Shown here: one piece after another, positions 22,230-33,974 of the stretch
Numbering within the stretch: position 1 is the first letter of the stretch
Layout of the letters: every line of letters begins with the position of its first letter
NCBI GenBank assembly: GCA_009103225.1
Contig: RHPI01000249.1
Coordinates: 308,348-372,347, forward strand
Source: Chlorokybus atmophyticus
Taxonomy: Eukaryota; Plantae; Mesostigma and Chlorokybus algae
DNA length: 64,000 bases
Direction: 5' to 3'
Notes under the pieces: model-generated
Told to the model about the DNA's origin: nothing
What the model saw: only the letters and a program-made list of their open reading frames with translations
Database searches by the model: none
Position numbers and translations under genes: made by a program

Positions 22230-25127
22230 TATCGCTACTTAAATAACTGCCTCAGCAGACGTGACTCTGGTGTTATGATAATTTGTAAGGCACATGAGTG
22301 AGGTAAAACTGACGTTGGGTCGGTTGTATATGATAATATAACAATTCTATTTGACAAAGGGCTTGGGACCATTATTGCATGCGATTGAGGTCGGATAAGT
22401 AAAGACATTCTTAATGAGCAATGCTTATGTAAATATATACGTGATAAACAATAATTGCTATTGAAAAGTTTGTTTGTTTATTTGTTGATCGCCCATGCAA
22501 ATGCGGCCACTAGCCTAAAACGCGAGTTCCGCCAACTTCCCTAAAACAACATGCGTCAAATTCACAACATGCAAGGTTGGGTTTTAGCAATATAAGAGCG
22601 AAAAATCATGCTGCAATAGCATACACACTACTGTGTTCAATTACATCTACTGTGTACAGTAATATTAGTAGTAGCAGTAGTGGAGTTCTGTTGTGCGCAT
22701 CAGAGTGATTTGTGCTACGCACATGGATATGTGAACGTTTTTAAGCAATTCTCATGCACTTGCAGATGTGTGGGTAGGTGGTTTGCTTGCACGTCGCGTA
22801 TATGCCTAGTGTTCCCTCTGTGGAACTTGTTGCGGTTTTCGATGAGTGGCTTTGGCACATACCGGTATGTGACATGTTGATCTCGTCAAGTATCATGCGG
22901 CACTGTTCAGTAGACACGGTATGGCGCATACGGTTTCACACATGAGGTATGGCATGACATTTATATATGCACAGTGATGAGGGCGGCGGCGGGGGTGTAA
23001 GACGCTGGCGAAGTTAACAAGTCAGCAGCAACTCCAACAAAAGTACTACTACGTACTGCTAGCCTACTCAGCGTCCTCTCAAACCTCCCTTAACTCGAGG
23101 TATCGCCTATATGTGGCAATATTGATGGGAAAGTCTCTACAAGAGCCCGTTTGGTAATTTAATTCCATAGGGCAGGGCTAAATGTTGTCAAAAAGCAACA
23201 CCTCTTCCAAGCCCTTCTCTTTGATTAACGCGCAAGAAATGACATGGTCCAACAACAAAAACGACCCATAATTTTCCCAGCAGATAAGGCCCTACATGCA
23301 TAGCATTCAACTATAACATCAACAACACATCACATCATGTGCAGTGTACTTATGGAGGCTCCCACTCGTCGAATTGATCTTTAACACACTTGACAAAGCG
23401 CTTCTTGTCTGAGCATATGTAGTCTCGCCATCATTTGGCTTCGATCTTCCGGTCCCTTGGTTGCTTGCTTTTCCTTCCTGTAAACCCCTTTTAGGCACGC
23501 GTTTGTTTGCAAATCAGCTAAGGCATCAATATTGCAGCGAATATAAATCAACGATATTTGTTAAGTATGATTGTTGTAACCGGTATTCCGTTGATAAACT
23601 TTAAAAACAGAGGGAACGTTTTGCTCAGTTGTGAGCAGGCTTTAGCCTAATTTGAGGTTTGCTGGCAGTTAAAGAGCTTGATGTCGACGCTGCTTAATGA
23701 AACCTTTGCTACGTATGCAAGTGCTTGCGAAGTCAACACAAGAAGATATGGATTACGTGTTACATTGTGCATACAAGCGTACACAAGTCCAAAGTATGAA
23801 GTGTGCATCATGCTGATTGCATTGAGGGTGTCATACCCTTATTTGATAAAGGCGATGCCATATTGTGACAATGTGTGAGTACCACCATAACTAGCCTACA
23901 TAACCCATTGGTAAGTGGCGTTGTAAGCTTGCCAGTTTTTTTCAGATTGAAAAGTGATTACATCTATGGTTTGCTCTTTTATGAGTATACTAATGTACTC
24001 ACAGTGTGCGCGTGTGTTAGCAAAGCAATTCAGCAAGCTTTTTATTTTATGGCAATTACCCCCCTTGCTCTACTCTTACCAAACACGACCTTAAGAAAGG
24101 TTGCACGGTTAGTTTACAAGGTTTGTAAGAGTTTTTGACTAGTATATAATGGCATGGCGCACGATGGTGTGAAACGTGGCATTGCCTTGAAATGCAGGAT
24201 ACTTGCGTTGCTGTTAAACACGCATAGTGAGTCTGCCCAATGACATGGCATGCAGCAATTAGCACGTGGGCATACAGCAGCAAGACACTACGGGCTATCA
24301 TGTACTATTTGTCTACTCTCACTACACTACCTACTTACATGCTGCCCCATTAAACATGCATACATACGCAAGTAGTTACCTACGCACAAGGCCGTCATAA
24401 TCACCTAGGTTGAGCAGCAAGGCAGTGGCAAACCGCGCGACTTGCTTGTATATTCAAGGAAAATAGAGCATGACTCCCTCCCCTCCTCTCCCCACCTCCC
24501 TCTCTTGTGCGCAAATATGCAACGCTAATGCCCGCATGCAATGTGTCACTTGCATGCAATGTGTCACTTATTATGTCATGCATCACACCAGCAACAGGCA
24601 CATGCAATGACACGCCAATACTTCATACCACTGGGGGGCTGCTAAGCTTACCTAACACCCTACCCCTAGCCCGTTAGTTCACATAAGCATGCAAGTGGTA
24701 CAACATAGTACTCAGCTGCCCACACGGGCTCATGCAGCCGAGTTTCTCAAACTTCATATAAGTACAGCTATTGTATATTGGCAAGACTCGAGGATTGACT
24801 GACTGATGGTCCCTCCCGTGCAACCCAAGTAAAGGCAATGCTTGTATGTGTGTAGTGTAGCGGAACAGGCATTAGTTAGTGTTAAGCAAACGGCAGCAAG
24901 CAAGCAAGATAAAGCAACGACAAAGCAAGGTTAAATGTGCAGAAATATACGAAAAGTACATACACAATTCCTTTGCGCATTGTTTGCACAATTCACAACA
25001 GCATGTAAGCCCATCCCTTTGCGGCAGTAACAGCAGCTATCAAATATAAAGGGCCAACTTGCACGTGGAGCTTTATCCACATGCCGCAACACCACTGGAA
25101 CCTCCAGCTGGTAGCGTATCGCGCCAG

Positions 25128-27955
25128 CTACTCATCATCAGCATCATGGGTACGGTCGTCATAATGGTCGTTATGGACCTGAGCTGGCTGCCCGTTAGTG
25201 TAGCCTTCTTGATCAGATATGATGGTCAACCCAATGTCTGCTTCAAGCTGGATATGTCTTGAGGTGTCACTTGGCGACCAATTGTAGATCGTCGCTGCTT
25301 TTCGTGGCCTCTCAAAGTGATCAGCTGATGACATTGTACTGTATATCCAAGTCGCGCCAGTGTTGCAGAATAAACCTGACTGCACCTATTAGTAACCAGC
25401 TGCTTGTATGTCTTGACATATCGACCATAGGCGGAGGCCTGACGACAGCCTGTATAATAACTTTCCCGCAAGAACCATGCCATTGTTTGATGCTAAGCTT
25501 GAAGTTGACAAGGAACCCTGCAAATCAGAACGTGGCGTTAGCTGCTGCAACAAACCAAATGCACAATGAACACAATACAGGTGCAATGATTGGTGCTGAT
25601 AACCACCTTGAATAATGCGTGGCGGCAGCGCATATGATTGCGGTTCAGTCGCAACCCGGTCCACCTTCCACAAGTAAGGTTCCAGATACAGATGACGTAG
25701 TTGGTAACGAGAGTGTCCAACAAGCGCTGGACTCCAGTCGTGCAACTCTCGTTGGATGTCACGTGGCAGCTCATGGAACTCCAACGCCTCGTGCAGGATA
25801 TCCCCTGGCTGCGCATGAGGTTGGAGTGCGGAACAACTTGCTGTAGATAAACCTTGGACATGAGTGGGAAGCGGATGCTGCTGACTAATGTGGCAAACGC
25901 ACGCTCAACATCCTCGCATATACTTCCGTCCGAGCTGCAGTTTGCATATCTTAGCCAAAGAGATGCGAAACAGAACACTGACGCTTCATCTCCTGCCAGT
26001 GCTTTGCTCTTCAGCAGCCCTTGCATGACCTGCAGGGTCCATGAACATTGTGCAAGTCACATGGCCGCCTTGTGCTAGGCTTCAAAGTTTGCGACCAAGT
26101 GTAGTACTGTGGACTGCAGACCTTGCAGTGGTACAAGGCAAGCGCACATTGACTCTGCTCAACCTGACACATGCACGCATGCACAGACATGCAGTCACCA
26201 CCATGCTGACATTGCAAACGGTAGCTTAGACCTCACAAGGCCATGTCGAAAAACAGGGAAGTTGTGGATGGACCGGTAGTACTCTGCTAGCACCTTCACA
26301 GCAGCACTCTGCTACAGACCAGCTTGTCGAGAGTTCGCGTACGACCAATAGTTGACACGCATTCACAATTGTGACAGTCCTAAGAGGCTGTTTTACGCTT
26401 ACCTGCAAGTTGACGACTGCAGTATGACACAACAAATGTTCTGGAAGGTCCAGCAGTTGCAGGCAGGCAGGCAACTGTTCAGCCGCGCTGCCCTTGGCAA
26501 TTGGTTTCGTTGGTTGCAGCCGCAGCGCGCATTGCTCAACACAGGGATGCACTCCATACTTGTCAGCAACTTGAAGCAGCACTTGACAGAGCTCCGTCTC
26601 TGTGCGAGCCGTCGGTGTGCACCCTTGCGAGTAGATGAAATGCAGCAGATGCTGAAATGGCACTACCTCTGCGGAGCAATCACAGTTTGCATAACTCTGT
26701 CTGCTGTGTGCAACAGGTCATGCATGCAGAGTCACCTAAGATGCAATTTCACAGCATGTAGGCATGCTTATTCTCTCAGTTGGTAGAACCCAGGTTTGCT
26801 TCACAGGATGCGGTCCTTGCAGGTGAACAAAGTGTATCTGCAGTCGTAACACTTACCATTGTAGTACAGGGACACATGCGTTCGCTGCTGTCCGACTCAT
26901 GTGCGCTGTCGTCTCCACCATGCCGCTATCAAACATCTTTTGGAAAAACTGGGACCGTGCAGCCAGAAGTAGGGTGCTGACATGAATCGTGGGGTCGCGT
27001 GGACGGGGCGCTGCAACGCATATGCACAGTCAACTCAGATACCAGCAACGCTGGAACACTACCCTAGACCATATTATGGCATGCATGCAGCCATATCTGT
27101 CAAGGCGTGATTTGATAAGCCACCATGCATGGCCGTACAATCATTATGATACAACACTAGGCTACAAGCATGGATGTCAATGCAGGCGCAATCTACCTGA
27201 AGTTCCAGGGCCACAGCTGGGCGCAATGTGGATTGGCGGGAGGCAGTCAGAGTACAAGGGATGGTTGTAAGCAATTCAAATCCCTGCTTGTCGTCGTCAT
27301 CACAGCAATTGAACGCAAACAATTCCGTGCAGCTGCCTGATTTTTTGTCTTCTCTCTGCTCGTCAGCAAGCTCCGTACTTACCTTGCTTGCACATGGCGA
27401 AAGGCAAGATCAGCCTTGGGTAGAGTTAACTGCAGCTAGAGTGAAGGCATGTTATGCATCAGTCACCCACACAACAAAGGTCATGTATGCGGGCCGACAC
27501 ATGCGCAATCATAACGCCAAACCAGCCTACGACACGTTCAAAAGCACTCAGGCTCACGAAAGCACAGAGGTCTCAAGCAGGTCTTCCAATTGAACCTTGT
27601 AGTGCATGGCAACCCCGCGATCAACCACCTTGTTGAACAGATGTGAAACATGCGCACAGACGCTTGCCCAGAATATGTCATCAACACTACAATACAGAGA
27701 GCCACTGGCACAAATGAATATGCCTACAACCTCCATCGACAACGCTGCTAGCAAGCGTGTTACGATCACAAGCAAACCTTTGCTTTGGTCAACGCACGAA
27801 GAAAAGCCACGATTGTAATCGCCTGACTGCCAATACGGGACAAGAAAATTCAAGGACTCCGAGGGAGCTGTAGTGTATGCAATGTTGCAGCACTGACGCT
27901 GACGCTTTGCAAGGGGAGGCCCAAGCGCCCATGGAGGCTCAGTGAACCACGACAT
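25128..27955 (-). pseudogene. LRB/POB1-like BTB-BACK gene, copy 3 (disrupted)
   Basis: 'HPLYSDC' exon with stop; 'HVSTLLLAARSQF' with 1-nt frameshift; 'FQHLLHFIYSQG...LLQVADKYGVHPCVEQC'; BACK 'KSKALAGDEASVFCFASLW...RFPLMSKVYL'. The C-terminal exon 'FCNTGATW...IYNWSPSDTSRHIQLEAD' is homologous to copy 1, with a 1-nt insertion near 25371-25395. Confidence 0.85.
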
Positions 27956-28294
27956 GGCCGCGGTTGCGCCACATTCAACCCGCTCCTTGGCTAATCTGAA
28001 GGTTCAAATCTGCCCCCCCCCCTCCCCCCGCCCGCCTCCCGGTTGCTGCTGCTGTGGTTGACATGACAGCTGTCACGGATAGTCATTAAGGAAGTCAGAG
28101 CAGCAGCACTAACTTGACAGCAAGCCCAAATGCAGGCCGAACCGGACGCCAAGACAATCATCCCGCGGCGTAGCACATCACGGCTTGTGCGAGCATACCG
28201 GTAGGCTCGTTGTGCAGTTGATACTTGACCTGTCCATGCATGTAATGCGCTTCGCCGGCGATGCATAACATGACTCGCATCAACCATGTCTGCC

Positions 28295-30590
28295 ATCACG
28301 TGAGTAGGTAGTCACCTGCACGTGTCATCTAGCATACGGAGGCCAGTACAAGCAACAATCTTTTTGCTCCTACAGAGATAGAGTCTCGAAGATTTGCCAT
28401 GGTTACAACGACGGTAGTCAGCCAGCAAGGGGACCCCTGCAGCAAGATCAGTGTGCTGGTCAAGGAGTGATGATGCCCACCATGTACAACTACGGAGCCA
28501 GTTGCGCGTTGACAAGCATTGCGGGTGATACCTTATGAGCGGCAGTGGCTTGTTGTCGAGGAGTGGCATGAACGTATGCTTTCAACAACCTTCCCAACAG
28601 CAGCATTGGCATCGCACTGGACATGAGCACTGGCCCAAGCCAGTGCTCATGTCCAACGGCATCAGCAACCTGCGTGTACTACAGTGTTAGTCTCTCCTCA
28701 GCCAAAGTGTACCTAGCCATCAATATGCACATGACAACAACATGCATGAGACCAGCGGTACGTACACTGAGGCATGTTTGAGCTGGTGGTGCACCTGCCG
28801 CTTGCAAAGCAGCATCATGAGAAAGGTGATCGTCGTATCCAGCCATGCAACTGCACAGCTGAACCACTCTTGCTGATCTTCTTCTCGGCCATTTGAACGC
28901 AGCGCATAGTGCCGTAACTCCGCACAACTTGCCAGCGAATTGCGTGTGTGTGCGCGTGCCTGCGCCCACTATAAGGGTGAATGCAACAGCGTAGTGACAA
29001 GAGCTTCACAACAATACAACTCAGCACAAAAGATGAATGGCTGCCTCGGGTGATGTTGGTGCTGTTGCACCATGCGTAACTCGGGGGCCAACATCCGCAT
29101 TGCGCTTGAATTGAAGCAGCATAATGTATGCCTGGTTGCTGTCGTCAAGCTGACTGCTACGTCAAAGCTGTGTGCATTGAGTCCTCAACACAACAGTCAT
29201 GTATACATAGCTGCGTGAGTGTGTGAACCAATCAGGCGAACAACACCACTGACCCACAACGTTGGCAGTTCTCAAGCACAACTGACCACCAACAACGACA
29301 ACCATCCCACTTTCAAGTATCATACAACACAAAGCACCTGAAGCGTTGACTCTGTTTCTCTTGCACAAAGTCCCACTGACTGTGCAGCGGTGAACAAGCA
29401 GCACGTCACAGCAGAAGCTTGGGTATCTCCAGGCATGGACAGTGCAGAGTGGCAGAATCTTGCTTACTCAACTTGCGGTATAGATCCCAGACGCAGAGTG
29501 ATAAGCTCTCAACAACACCACACAGCAGCCACCGTCCTGACGCTGGCGTAGCTTAGCCGAGCCCCTGGTTGGCCTGGCTCAATGGCCAGTTAAGTGGAAA
29601 CCAGACAGCTGGCCTGCTTTCCCCTCCCCGGCTGGCCTGGTGGTCGCACGGTATGCTCCATGATCACGGCAGGCAAGCGCGGCAACTCGTGCTTCTGCTG
29701 TGCACAATCGCATGCTTGCCTAACAGCGACCCTCTATCTCAGCAAGCAACGACGACATCACCAGCGAGGTGCCGGAGACTGCAGACTATGCCTCCTCCGC
29801 CGCCGCCACCGTCAACGCCGCCTGCTTCGCCAAGCTCAGGATATGCACGCCCACACAGCTTAGCGTACGCTCACTTGACTCGAGTTGAGCAGCTGCCGGT
29901 GCTGTACGCTATCACTGCATGCAGCTGATGCGTGCTGGTGGAGCACCTGTGGACCTTGTTGTAGATTGCACCGTCAAGTTGCACGCTTTGCTGTGTTGCT
30001 TCAAAGAGTCATCGCAGGCTCCAAACCAGTGGCAGCTGCTGGTGCTTGCTGGTACCACTGAAGCTACCAGGTACACTGCCTCGTACAGACTGAGCGCACA
30101 TGCCTTGGCCTGGACTCTGGGAGGCGTTGATAGTGAGATTGATCAGCCTGTGGCCTGCACATGCGTGCCTATCTTTGGTGCGTGGGTGGGGGTGGGGGTG
30201 GGGGGAGAGATTGCTGAGCGTGCTCTTGCATGTCTGCGAGTATACGGATGCTGAGGTCAACATCCGCTTGCACAAGAAGCACTGCCAGATATATTCTCTT
30301 GCTCTGTAGGTACAGCACGTTTGGCAAGTGTGGCACATAAGAGCTCATGCATTGACAGCTGACGTACTCCACATGTATGCGCGCACATACGTAATTGTCC
30401 ACCACGTTGTGCTGTTGTTGGGTGGGCTATTGAAGCTGGCTCACCAGGCGGGCATGACGACCAACTACGGGGATCTGCTGGGAGACAAGCAGCAGCTGCA
30501 TGGGATGCTGCTGAGGAGCTACGCGCAGAACTCACCCTCCACAATCAGCGCCTCACCATCAATTGCGCAGCACTCTACGGGCTTGAGGTA
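28295..30590. repeat. Unidentified degenerate gene-like block X1, paralogous to 33975-35994
   Basis: Collinear nucleotide similarity with 33975-35994 at an offset of ~5.5-5.7 kb. GT-AG exon-like pieces occur on the + strand (e.g. 30460-30587 'AAAWDAAEELRAELTLHNQRLTINCAALYGLE'). No family recognised and orientation not certain. Confidence 0.6.
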
Positions 30591-30806
30591 TAGTACCCCA
30601 TGCTAACACGTGCGCGCGTGCTAGCGCGAGCGCAAAACTGAGCATGTGCGTGTGCTCACGCCTGTATGTATATATGTATGCATATGTGCATATGTGCAAA
30701 CACTTGGCTGAGTGTTGGTGTGCACAAAAGATGGTATGCTAGAGTATATGTAGGAGCTCGGAGTTGTGCGCTCGCCTATAACCAGGAGAGACCATATGGC
30801 TAGCTA

Positions 30807-33150
30807 TCACAGGTTTCTAACACACCGTACTAGACTATTAACCACCTTCCGGAGGTGTTTTGGGATTGCTATTGCAAGGCGTCCATCCTCATCATCTTTG
30901 AAGGCTTGTAAATCAATGGTTGCATCAAACAAACTGTCCGTCTCACATGGGGTTGGATACCAATGATAGCGCTGTGCAGTGCGTTAACGTCCGAAATCCA
31001 GTGATGCAAATTGTATATCATACTTCCAGGTTGAGCGGTATGTGCTGAAGGAGCGCGAGGCCACTTTGAGACACCATAAGCTCGACATTCGCAACACATT
31101 AATAGAAGCTGGTGGCCTGACCACCAGCATGATACTTATGTTGCCATTGGTTAAGTTATCAATCTCAAAATCAAAGACAAAACCTGCGCAAGATGAGCGA
31201 GAGTTGTATGCGTGTTGGGTGCAATGCCTTATTGCAATCTACATACACATGCGCGAGCACACACGCACGCGCGCAGCAACGCACACACGCACACGCACAG
31301 ACACACATGTGTACCTTAAATGATGCGCGGGGAAAGTATGTACAATGGCACGCCGGTTGTTTTCCTGTCCACCCTGCAGCAATCGTTCTCACTCGCACGG
31401 TTGCGCGGGTCAGGACGAGGGGACACAACCGCCTCAGATCTGCCCATGGTTCTCAACCGTTTCTCATTCTCATTCATCTTTGATGATGTCTGGCGTGAAA
31501 AGGTATGGTGCAATGAAGAGTCAACCGCGGCATGTATTACATTCTCATGCACGCGCATTAGACTCGAGAACGCCACAATCTGTTCCAGGTATGCTACGGA
31601 CATGAGCGGGAAGCAAATGGTACCCCCGACTTTGCAAAGGCATCACGCGCTTCTTCACACACACGTGTGTCCAATGAAGCGTGCGCGCTGTGCACCCACA
31701 AGCACACAAGACAAAATGCCGACTCTTCATCCCCCGCAATTGTCCTGCTCTCCAACAGTTTGCGGATGACCTAACCCAAGCAAGCAAAACAGCAAAACAA
31801 CATACTTTGTGGTGTGGCATGTGGCATGCGCATTAGCAATGGCATGTCTGCTGTCATGGCAGTACTCACTGAAAGCTTGAACTTCATCAGGCCTCGTTAA
31901 GACACAGGAATTTTGTCAATGCTGCGAACTTGTACTTCCTCAGCACTTCCACGACACCTTCCTGCAAGTGGCCAGGAACCTTGCTCATGCCTTGCGTGTG
32001 ACCAAAAGCTGACCTTGAATGCACACGCGCACATGCACGCACTCGCACACATACCTGAAGTTCGACTACAGCCGCATGCATGAGCAGCAGATGCTCTGGC
32101 AAGTCGAGCAATCGGAAGCACGTGTCGAGTTGTCCCGCCGCGCTGCGCCCATCAGTTTTGGCAGGCAGCAAGCGCATCGTACAATGTGCCACGCACGATT
32201 CCACTGCATACTTGTTGGCCACACACAGCAGCTGCAAGAGCTCTGCCTCCGTGCGTGCAGTGGACCCGCAGCCCTGCGTGTAGATGAAGTGCAGCAACTG
32301 CTGGAAGGGCAGCAACTCTGCAACAGCCATAGCAATCTGTAAGTTTGTAGTGGATTGATCACACTTCCCTTAGGCTCATGCAAGGTGAGGACGCGTTGCA
32401 TAAGCCACTCCTACAACTGCGTGCCTATACGCGCACAAGCACAAGTTAGACTCCGCGCACCACACAAAGGCCCACAGATGATGTTGCGATAAACAACTTA
32501 GGGACTGCGCTGCAACACGCCACTGTGCTTAGAGACTATTTGTTGTGTGCAGCATTGCTTGTGATTGGCAGCGCTCACCATCGTGACACAGCGTCACATG
32601 AATGGGCGCTGTTCGCATGTTGTGCGTCGCGGATTCTGCCATGCCGCTCTCAAACATCTTCCGAAAGTCAACGGACCTCGCAGCCAGGATGGGCGTGCTG
32701 AGGTGGAGCTTGAGCGGGCCACAGGCTCTGCATCGCATCAACGTTAGCCTGTCCTGGCAGCCATGTATGCAGCCTACTACTGCCACTGCACTCCACTCAA
32801 TCGCGCCGCAGTTGAACGAAGGGGTTGAGCAAATACAAGCCAGAACGCGGTTATATTTTTGCATGCGTGCGTGCACGTATATGCATGCACGTGCATGCAC
32901 GTGCATGCGTGTGTGCATGCATGTGCATGTGTGTGCGCGCACATGCATGTGTGCTCGAGTGTTTGCACGCGCATATCTCTGTGCTGTGTGCATTCACAAC
33001 GCACGACAGCCGACTCATTCGTGTAAGCAAGTTAGCAAATTAGTGTTCACCATACCTGAGGTGCTCGGGCCATGCGTTACTCAACACGGATGTGAACAAC
33101 GCAGTCAGATTACAAGGGATTGTCAAAGGCGAAGTCCAACCCGCAGTCGT
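30807..33150 (-). pseudogene. LRB/POB1-like BTB-BACK gene, copy 4 (disrupted)
   Basis: 'DFAFDNPL*SDCVVHIRV'; 'KLHLSTPILAARSVDFRKMFESGMAES' (cf. LRB [27 protein letters not shown]); 'FQQLLHFIYTQG...LLCVANKYAVESCVAHC'; frameshifted BACK exon; C-terminal 'VVRPPA...SRSFSTYRSTW' with stop. Confidence 0.85.
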
Positions 33151-33974
33151 CATTGTGCGGGGACTGGGATGCATGCAGCTCCAAGCAGTATATATAGCGT
33201 TGCTCTGGTGGCTGTTCTGAAGACGCCATGTCCCCAGGGAACGGACTTTGCTACCTTGACACTGGAGTTGAACGTTTATGCAGTTGAGGTTGTAACAAGC
33301 AGCCTGAGGTGCGTAGCAAGTGCGGTGGACCATTGGCAAGCATTCTATGGGGGACGAACGCTCAGCCTTGCATGCATGCGCTGACGCAATGCCTCTTTTG
33401 ATCTGGCCGCTTCACCTGCCAGCCTAGTGTGGTATGGTGTTGCACTCTCCAAGCCCCCTCCTCCTCCTCACCGTCAGCAGCCCAATCACCTGCCTGGTGT
33501 GAACTGGCTTGGCTTGGCTCCCTACGACGTGTTGCGAGCTAAGCTGCAGTACACGAAAGCTTACAGCTGCCACCTTCCGTCGATGCAGCTCAACATTACT
33601 GTATGATCTGCCTTGAGCGTAACTCAGTCTCATGCTGTGTATAGCGATGCTGCCTGCTGCCTCTAGGCTACCCTGTGGGTGACAGCTGTCATGGGTAGTT
33701 GAAGTCAATAGCGGGTGCGGCACATCATGTGATGATCACGTTAGACGGCTTGATGTCGCTCACAGGCGCCTTGTGCCAGGCATCATCTGCATGCGATGCG
33801 TTCCAGCGGCGACGCATCACATGGCTTACATGAATGTATGTTACATCAGTCGTGTACACGATGCAACACCCATCATCTTGACAAACACGTGCCACTCCAT
33901 GCACTCAGTTCTAAGTGTGCACATCTCATCAAGAATACAATTGACAAGCACTAGCCCAGTACAAAGGTCAAGCA

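Noticed and set aside
22900-24400. AT-rich tract with protein-like fragments on the minus strand
   Set aside because: Fragments are short and stop-ridden; no TE or viral motif could be supported.
30200-30545. F-box-like reading of gene X on the minus strand ('RSWSSCPP...CFLCKR')
   Set aside because: The pieces do not splice in phase without stops and the + strand gives more coherent exons; the resemblance is probably chance.
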